A DNA stretch of 26,042 bases from a virus (taxonomy: Duplodnaviria > Caudoviricetes). Each line of letters begins with the position of its first letter. Position 1 is the stretch's first letter. Below the pieces are notes generated by a model. That model made no database searches. It saw only the letters and a list, made by a program, of their open reading frames with translations, and was not told where the DNA came from. The position numbers and the translations under genes were made by a program. Positions 1 through 8,000 of the stretch are shown here, piece after piece. Location: positions 1-26,042 of the IMG/VR virus record IMGVR_UViG_3300048032_000309. One strand, written 5' to 3'.

Positions 1-274
1 TATTAGGTGCAGGAAAGTCAGGGTCTGTTGTGACTGTAGGTATACTAATAGTCGTAGCTTGGTGTAAAGCGGCGAATTTTATAGATGTTAATAATTCATC
101 CCAATTCGCCGCTCTGACTTTTGAACCAGCAGTCACAAGAGTCACTAGTAGCTGTGATTGGCCATAACCTGAATCACCTGCCCCTAATCCAACAATCTCA
201 TTAATATCATTTGCGAAACCATTGAAATCAGATGCTCTGATTTTGCCTCCCAGATAGTAACTTTGTGGTGCCAT
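1..274 (-). CDS. Putative virion structural protein, N-terminal part only (runs off the window); paralog of the 305..1222 product
   Basis: Not in the ORF track. My translation from ATG at 274: MAPQSYYLGGKIRASDFNGFANDINEIVGLGAGDSGYGQSQLLVTLVTAGSKVRAANWDELLTSIKFAALHQ..., open to the window edge. GAGG RBS upstream (~284-287). Its I-x-A-x-D...N-x-I...G-x-G...GY-x-Q pattern matches the N-terminus of the neighbouring gene. Confidence 0.8.
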   Translation of the reverse strand, partial: MAPQSYYLGGKIRASDFNGFANDINEIVGLGAGDSGYGQSQLLVTLVTAGSKVRAANWDELLTSIKFAALHQATTISIPTVTTDPDFPAPN

Positions 275-304
275 TTAATTTGTCCTCAGTATATTATTCT
301 TTTA

Positions 305-1222
305 TTATAATGTGTTCGTAACTGTGAAAGATGGATTAGATATACTTACTGATCCACTTGCGTTTGTAAGTTTCAACGCAGACACCGAAACAGTCGATGT
401 ACCTGGTACTGTATCTTGACCAGTCCATGACCATGCGCCACCATAACCTGAGCCTGAGCCAGAACGTGCTACGTGTGCGTCTACTAGACGTACTGTAACA
501 TAGATGTCTGAGCCAGACTTGTATGCTGAAATATCTGCATAGTTAGTACTATAATCACCATCGTTAGCATATTCGCGTTTGATATATGCGTTTGATGTTG
601 TTAAATCTGAATATTTTTTACGTGTTGATGTATCAAGATTTGTTGAGTCTGTTGCACGTGCTGAAATACGATATGTTCCCATTTCACCAGTTAGTTGTTC
701 CCATGATGTACCTTGTTGGTTACCTGTTGGGTCGTCGTGTGACATTGAAACACGAATTTCACCACCAGCTGCGAACCATGCATCCATAGTTGCAGTTGAA
801 CCAAATGATACACGTGTAATTGTGTCACGTGTGCCGTTCCAGTTAGAAACAGTTTGTGATGTTTCTGTTACTGCTGTCATATCCCAACCTGAAGAATAAC
901 TCCAAGGTGCAACAAAACGTGCATTGATATCACTTTCGAATGTCGCTGCTGAGCCTGCATAGTGTGACCATGCAACTGTTGTCCCTGCATTCACTGCTGT
1001 GAAAGGGTTCGAAATGTTATAATAGTTTGAAATTTTTGCTGCCGCTGAGTAAAGTGAATCGAAGTATGCATCGTCGATTACGTTACCTGTAGTTGGGTTG
1101 CCAGCAATTGAGTGACCTTGATTGTAACCGCCAAGAACACCTGTTCCGTTAAGAATAGTGTTCATCTTGGTACGTAGGCTTGCAAACGGGTCATTTGCAT
1201 TAATTGTATCTCCTACAGCCAT
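305..1222 (-). CDS. Putative virion structural protein (tail/baseplate-associated, 305 aa)
   Basis: Ser/Thr/Gly-rich, beta-type composition. AGGAG RBS upstream. Contains a 'F...DAWFAAGGEIRVS' segment of a kind I recall from structural proteins of large myoviruses. Lies in the tail/baseplate operon. Confidence 0.7.
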   Translation of the reverse strand: MAVGDTINANDPFASLRTKMNTILNGTGVLGGYNQGHSIAGNPTTGNVIDDAYFDSLYSAAAKISNYYNISNPFTAVNAGTTVAWSHYAGSAATFESDINARFVAPWSYSSGWDMTAVTETSQTVSNWNGTRDTITRVSFGSTATMDAWFAAGGEIRVSMSHDDPTGNQQGTSWEQLTGEMGTYRISARATDSTNLDTSTRKKYSDLTTSNAYIKREYANDGDYSTNYADISAYKSGSDIYVTVRLVDAHVARSGSGSGYGGAWSWTGQDTVPGTSTVSVSALKLTNASGSVSISNPSFTVTNTL

Positions 1223-1274
1223 ATTTTGCTCCTAAGTTGACTAGTCGTTTAGTTGGCTTGCGCCGTTAAAAACC

Positions 1275-1300
1275 AAGAAAGATTTTCCGGATTCTTTCTT
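1275..1300 (-). terminator. Possible weak intrinsic terminator or hairpin after the 220-aa gene
   Basis: 8-bp inverted repeat AAGAAAGA (1275-1282) / TCTTTCTT (1293-1300) with a 10-nt loop, followed on the minus strand by GGTTTTT. The stem is AU-rich, so it is weak. Confidence 0.3.
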
Positions 1301-1961
1301 AATTAATTTGTATTGTAACCGTATAATCGATTACGATTGTTCTATTCGCCGATAATAACACTGGATGGAAAGTAACATGTGTTAGCATCAATGTTTTATC
1401 TTCGTCCAAATCCGACCAATCGTTTGTATCATTAATTAAATTGCCCGATAATAGTGCAATTTCATCAAACGTGAAAGTTTCTGATACTGTTGAATCATTC
1501 TCTGGAACTGTTTCATTATTCATATCAGCATATTGCTGATGATCCATTTCTACTCTAAAATTAATCTTTGATGTATTATCAGGAACAATTTCGCCCTCTC
1601 CCATGTCTTGTCCTGGGAAATAAACTGTATTGTCTGTTCTTTGTTGATAAGTTTTAGCGTATAATGTTGAATTACTTGAAGTGATAGGCAGTTGGTCGTA
1701 AATGCCAAATACTCTAGGAGAGCGATATGAAAGTGTTGTAGTTGAACTACTGCCGCCGTTACCGAACGCCATCCAATTTACAAAAGGTGCAGAACCGCCA
1801 GTATTCACATCAACTGCGGATCCAGCCAATGCACTCGCAAGTACATATGCCATGTTACCTGGGTGAATGGCATTTCTCTTTTGTACAAGAATGTCACCAC
1901 TATCTTTATCAAAGATTTTAAGTGTGCCGATAACTTGTGATTTAATATCTTCGTTAAACAT
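1299..1961 (-). CDS. Conserved phage baseplate/tail structural protein (220 aa)
   Basis: Motifs 'KRNAIH', 'MAFGNGG', 'FTFDEIAL' and 'LTHVTFHPVLLSANRTIVIDYTVTIQ' resemble tail-fibre-attachment/baseplate proteins of large myoviruses. AGAGAG RBS and a late-promoter motif lie upstream. Confidence 0.7.
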   Translation of the reverse strand: MFNEDIKSQVIGTLKIFDKDSGDILVQKRNAIHPGNMAYVLASALAGSAVDVNTGGSAPFVNWMAFGNGGSSSTTTLSYRSPRVFGIYDQLPITSSNSTLYAKTYQQRTDNTVYFPGQDMGEGEIVPDNTSKINFRVEMDHQQYADMNNETVPENDSTVSETFTFDEIALLSGNLINDTNDWSDLDEDKTLMLTHVTFHPVLLSANRTIVIDYTVTIQIN

Positions 1962-1990
1962 TCGTATCTCTCTTTATCAAATTCTAAGTA

Positions 1991-1998
1991 TATTTATC
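1991..1998 (-). promoter_or_regulatory. Putative late promoter GATAAATA (variant of T4 gp55 TATAAATA)
   Basis: Plus-strand tatttatc in the 59-bp intergenic gap, 30 nt upstream of the 1961 start. The same octamer recurs upstream of two other structural operons. Confidence 0.6.
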
Positions 1999-2020
1999 AT
2001 TTTACCTTAGATGTCTTTTC

Positions 2021-5000
2021 TTATGTGTCCCCATGCGAGTAAATCTGGTCCGGAGAACCCAATACGTAAATTGTATTGCCATTATCTACACTTGTAGCAA
2101 CGCCATTATAGAGACCGCGCTCTGAAATTCTCAGATTATTTGTAGATTTACTATCATATACCATGAACTCTACGTTTCCATTAATATCTTCAACGGCAAC
2201 TAAACGTATAGTTTTAGATTTTGCCGCTTTGAATTTAGATGCTTGGTCAACAACTAGAGTTTCGCCATCGAATGATGAAATTGTACCAGTGTCAGTAACA
2301 GGAATGTGATATCCTCTTCCAAACTTATCATACACGTAAAACTCTTTTTTGTCAAGTGTTGTTCTTGTTTCATCTGTGAATGTATCTACTGTTACGATTG
2401 AAGCATCTCTCGCTGATGCACTAAATTCACCAGTATCAAATCCGTCTGCACTGTATGTATATTCAATATCATTACGTAGGAACTTTCCACCTAGATATTC
2501 ACCGTCTACCAATGGCTCAAATAAACTTGTGTCTGTTACTTCTTCATCGCCGCCGTCAATGCCGTTAAGTTCAAATCTACTATGTTCACCAAAGAACTTA
2601 GTGATGCGCATATGATGCAATGCATCAACTGTTAGGTCTGCTGTTTCATCTGTGGGATAGATACGTTCTGTTTTTCTAATCTTTGTATGATATGGTTTTG
2701 TTTCCATTACATAATCAATTGTGTCTTGATATGTATCACGCTGGTAGATAGCATATTGACGTAACGACTTATTGAACATAGTTAAGTCGATGTAACTAGT
2801 TTTAAATATCCAGTCTGGGTGTGTTCTTTCTGTGTACATGTATTCAATCATATCAAAGAACACTGATTTAATTTCAGAAACTTCTGCGTATTCATAAATC
2901 ATATTCATTAATTCGTGCAATTGTACACTAACCTGATTAGCTGTTAACTCTGTAATACTAAAATCTAAATCAAGAACTGAATTAGTTTTGTGTACTAGTC
3001 TAATTTCTCCGTCGACTGGGAAATAGTATTCATCTACATCTGGTAGTTCAACTTTAAATGATGATACTCCACTTTTATATAATGCAATCATATCAATGTT
3101 GCGAGTACGGGACAGATATTCAAATGTCTCAATCGTTTCATACTCTTCTGCATAATGCCAATCATTTGTTGCAAATATACCGTGGTCTAATACAATATAA
3201 TCTTTATACATTGGGAAGTCAGTTGCAATCATTCTTTTAGATAGTGTAGAAAGAATACTACTTGCAAAGTTATCCCTTGCTTCTGTAATATTTGCAAACC
3301 AACTATCATATGCAGAAACATGATATATACGCACTACGTCATCTTCTAATATGTCTACTGATGTAAGTATCGTCACTTCATTAATATCAATAACAAAATC
3401 ATTATCCGATACGATTACATTATTGACAGTGACCACGATATCATTATGTGTAAGTGAATTGTCGCCAATCCAATCATATGTGAATACAACACCAGTAGGA
3501 GTGATAGCTGTCGCTGATACTTCAAACTGTTCGTAGTGAGAAATTTCACTATTCGCAATGGAATTCTTAAGGTCTTGTAAGAATACATCTTCCATTGGCG
3601 CACTTGATTTGCGTGAAACTAGTTCCCAATCAGTGTGGCGTGTTTCTCTATTATTGTCTATATTGTATTCGATTGAATACGTAATTGTATCTGATGTTAG
3701 TATATTTGCATTATTAGAAACGATAACTGTATCACCATCAACTGGGAAGAATTTGTTTACAGTTGTCGGTGAGGCAATCATCATTGAGATTTCTTCAACT
3801 GAAAACTCTTTTGTATATCTTGCTTCATCACCAGTTGCAATCCAGTAATAATACTTTGTTACAGTTTTGTTTTTGATACTATCAAAATATGTTTCTGTAT
3901 TAAATTGTGAAACTCCGTCTGGAAGTTTTTCACTTGTTACCCACTGCTTCACTACTACTTCTGAGCCCGGAACGATCTTGCCCCAGAAACGTTTTGCATA
4001 ATTAATATCGATATTGCCATTTGCATCACCATAGTCATCATATCTATAATAACGTGTTAGATTAGTATCCCACCAGATTTTACCTAATGATTGTGATAAC
4101 CACAAATCACTGTTCAAAGTAACATCATATTTTGCAGGATCATTCCAATCTACATAATCTATATCTTTAGCAATTGAACCTGCAATCTTAAAGTTGATCG
4201 GATCAAACAATTGATAATCATAGAATTCGTCGCCAGATTTTGCAACTATACGATTTACATAATCAGTGTTTACTGGCTTAGAACGTCTGTTTAGAATGTT
4301 TAATGCACCATATTCATCTCGCTTTAGCACTGCCCAGCCCAAATTTAAATATTCATCTGTCCAAATTAAACTTGCATCGTTTAATCCAAGTTCTGCGTAG
4401 AACTCATCAAAATCATCACCATTAAATCTAGGAGTAAAGCGAACAGATTTCCAACGCATAACTTTGAAATCTGCGTTACTAGTAACACTCGTATATTCGT
4501 TTGATAGTCCAATTTTATCAAGCATTGTTTGGGTTGTGCCAGAGAATGTCATTGTATTATTTTCACTTGTGAAAATCATTCTGCCGTCACTTGAAATATT
4601 AACCGTAACATTATCTGACGCATCGTTAATTTGCTCTTTAAACTCTGCTGCACTGGAACTTAATGTATTCGTATTACTATAAGTTCCAACTGCTATTCCC
4701 AAATCATTCCAAGCATTGCCAGTAATATCACTTAGAACGACACTACTCTCATCACTTGTGATTAAAACACGTCTATCAAATTTTTGTGCTATTGTTCCTG
4801 GTAAGCCACTTAGTGCTGTATTCAAATCTGTAATAATGCTATCAATAGAATCTACTTCTACTGATGTTTGTACAAAACCAAGTCGCAACATTGATCCAGG
4901 AGTAGAAGAATTTTCTTCAATAAGAATGTTAGATGCACTAGAAGAAATCTTTAACTTTCCAACTACAACTGATGCCGTGATGTTAGGAATGTTAAGTGAA

Positions 5001-8000
5001 TTTATTTGTTGTGCAACACTAGATGCGGTTGGATTAGAATTAGTTTCGTATGTATTTGATGGGAACCCTAAGTCATTGAATGCTGATCCTGACAATGTAA
5101 GTTCATCCGCATCTGTTTCGATAATTAATATATCCCCCGATACATAGGAATCTAAGTATGTTATTGAATTTAAGTCATCTGCTATATTTGCAAGTTTGCT
5201 CTTAATAATAGAACTAGAGCCAAAGCCAATATCAAGTAATGCGTTACCTGTCATCGTAAGTTGTGCTGTAGAACTAGTAACTACGACAAAAGAAAAACTG
5301 TTAATTGTAGCTGTTACTGGTGCGCCACTGGAATTGATTTCATCGATAATATTTTGTGCATCAAGTACAACTGCATTATGCGCTAGTGTGATTTCTACAC
5401 TTTCACTGCCCGCCATTGCAGGTGTATTAATTGTAACTACTTGTCCAACTACTGTAAAGTCTGTAGTTGCTACACTATCTACTGTTACTGATGCTACACT
5501 CCAAGTAGTAGGAGAAAGTGTTTGTTGGGTAATAGTAAAATCTGTTTGTGCTGCGATAGCAGAGAACGTTTCAGTTTCATCTGCTGGAGTTGAAGGAACG
5601 TCAAAGTTGACTGTTACACCATTAATTCTAATTTGCTTTGTTTCTGTGATTGTAGGATTTGCAATTGAGCCAAAAACTTGTATATCTCTAACCGTAACTG
5701 TGTCATTATTTCCATTAGATGATATATCTAATTCTTTGCCTGTATCTATATCTGTAGTACTCGTAGCTGTACTTTCTGCACGTATACTTTGCGAAGCACT
5801 GTAGTCGATAGTAACCGTCTCACCATTGATATCAATCTTATCACCCGCTAAACTCGCTACCGTCTGTGTTGCTGTTGCATTGGTTCCGCTAAATGTTACA
5901 AGTGTATTTGTATTTGCAATTAGACCGTCATCACCATATACAACGATGCGAACTTGTTCGCCTTCACTTACGATTGGGTCTGCGGTTGCAGTATTTCCAC
6001 CTATCGATATACCTGCACTTGTACTACCTGATCCTGGCACATATGTAAATATTTCACCATCGATAACAAGAGTGTCACCCGAAAGAATAGTAGGATTAGA
6101 AACATAACCAATTGCTTCAACTCCGATTGAACCTGATGTTGGTATATAAACTGAGTTGTCAGTTGTTGTGTCAATCTCAACAATAAGAGGTTCGTATGTT
6201 TGGTCAAACACTAAGTATTCATAAATTGTAATACCATTGGACACACGTGTTCCATCACTCACAAGATAATAGTTGCCTTGAATTTCTGGGTCTACGTTAC
6301 CGTTAATGATTTTAAGATAAACTGTTTCGCTTGTATTAACTTCATTTGTTAGTGAAATTTTCAATTGACCATCTGATGTTTCACTAATAAAGTTAATTTC
6401 AGCAACTTCACTTAATCTCTTAACATCCCAGTCACGTTCTGAGTCAAATCTTACCCATGCAAGATCGCCCTCATAATATGGAAGTGTAGAAGTTACTAGA
6501 GTGTCTGAATCTTGAACAACATAATTAACATCTGATGGGTCAACGTAACCAGCAGTTTTGATTGATACACGTTTACCAAACTCAACTGTTGGAATTTTGT
6601 TATCCATATTAAAGTGAACAACATGTGGGTCACTTACAATATCAACTGTATTGATTGTAGAAGAAACTGATAGATTGTTATCAAGTTTACCATAATCAGC
6701 AATCTTAATAGCCCACATATCACGATGTTTCAAATCTTCAAAGTTAGAATTGAAATTTATAATTTTATTGATACTTGAAACTGTTGACTTATTAGCTATG
6801 AAGCCTCTGTAGAATTCTAACTGAGACTCACGCTCTACGCCATGATTGGTGAGATAAGTTCTCGGCGAGTATCCGATCTGATTTGATTTTAAGTTGTTTA
6901 TATTCTTTAGACTTTGGTCTACGATTGTATCTCTATAGTAACGTGTCTCGCTAACCATTGTTTCTAAGTTAGGAACAAGTTCGTTCTCATACACAATGTA
7001 ACCATCCGCTGCAAGTGTACCGTCCCAATCTGTTGTTCTGTTACAATCTACAATCATACGAAGGTTTCTGTTGTGTGAGAATGGATCATAAATTACGTCA
7101 CCGTAACTGTCTACTCTATCAACAACAAATGCTTGTTCGATATCGGCTACATCAAGTTTAATACCGTAAACTGGAGTCGTACTTTCCCAAGTAATTTTTG
7201 AACCGTCTGAGTTAAATGTAATCTCTGTGTCTGGTAGTTGTCTGCCATTTTCATCTACTACACGATAATAGTTTTTATTTGTTTCTCTGCCTATAGTTGC
7301 AACGCCGTAAGGAGCTTCAAATGATCCACTTAGTAGTATCGGAGTTAATGTAATGAAGTCTCCTGGCTGATGTACTTCTGCACTCCAGTCTAAGAATTTC
7401 TCTAACAATCTTTCAAAGTCAACAACACGATTGTCTTCATCTACGTCAGTAAAGTCCCAGCCGATTGCTTTAAGGTATGATTGATACCCAACCATTAACT
7501 GTGCTACTTCATCACGTGTATTAAGAATATCACCATAGTTATATGATTTGATTTGATCTAGTAGAGTTTCACTGTATCCATTAGCTTCTACTTTGTTTAC
7601 TCTAGGCCATTCTGGGAGTAGCTTCCAGTTTTTAATATCGTCATCAAATAGTGAACTAGCTGTATGATTAACTAGCGAAACATATGGCTTGTTATTGTAA
7701 ACTGTATAACTATCTTGTCTGTAGTATTCGCCACTTGACCAAACATTGATATTAGCTTGGTCGCCGTCTGTTGACCATACTTTTTTCTTACTTGTTTTAT
7801 CCCAATCTAAAGTAAAGAACATAGGATTGTAATCATCATAACCGTGAATACGATATCCAAACTCACGTATCTTGGGTTGTGATATCAGTGTCCACATTGT
7901 ATAATCAAATTTAATTGAGTTTGCTGTTTCTTTAGCACTCTCACCAGTTGTTTTACGTTTGTAATATTTGTGATCATATGGATTCAATACAATATCACCT

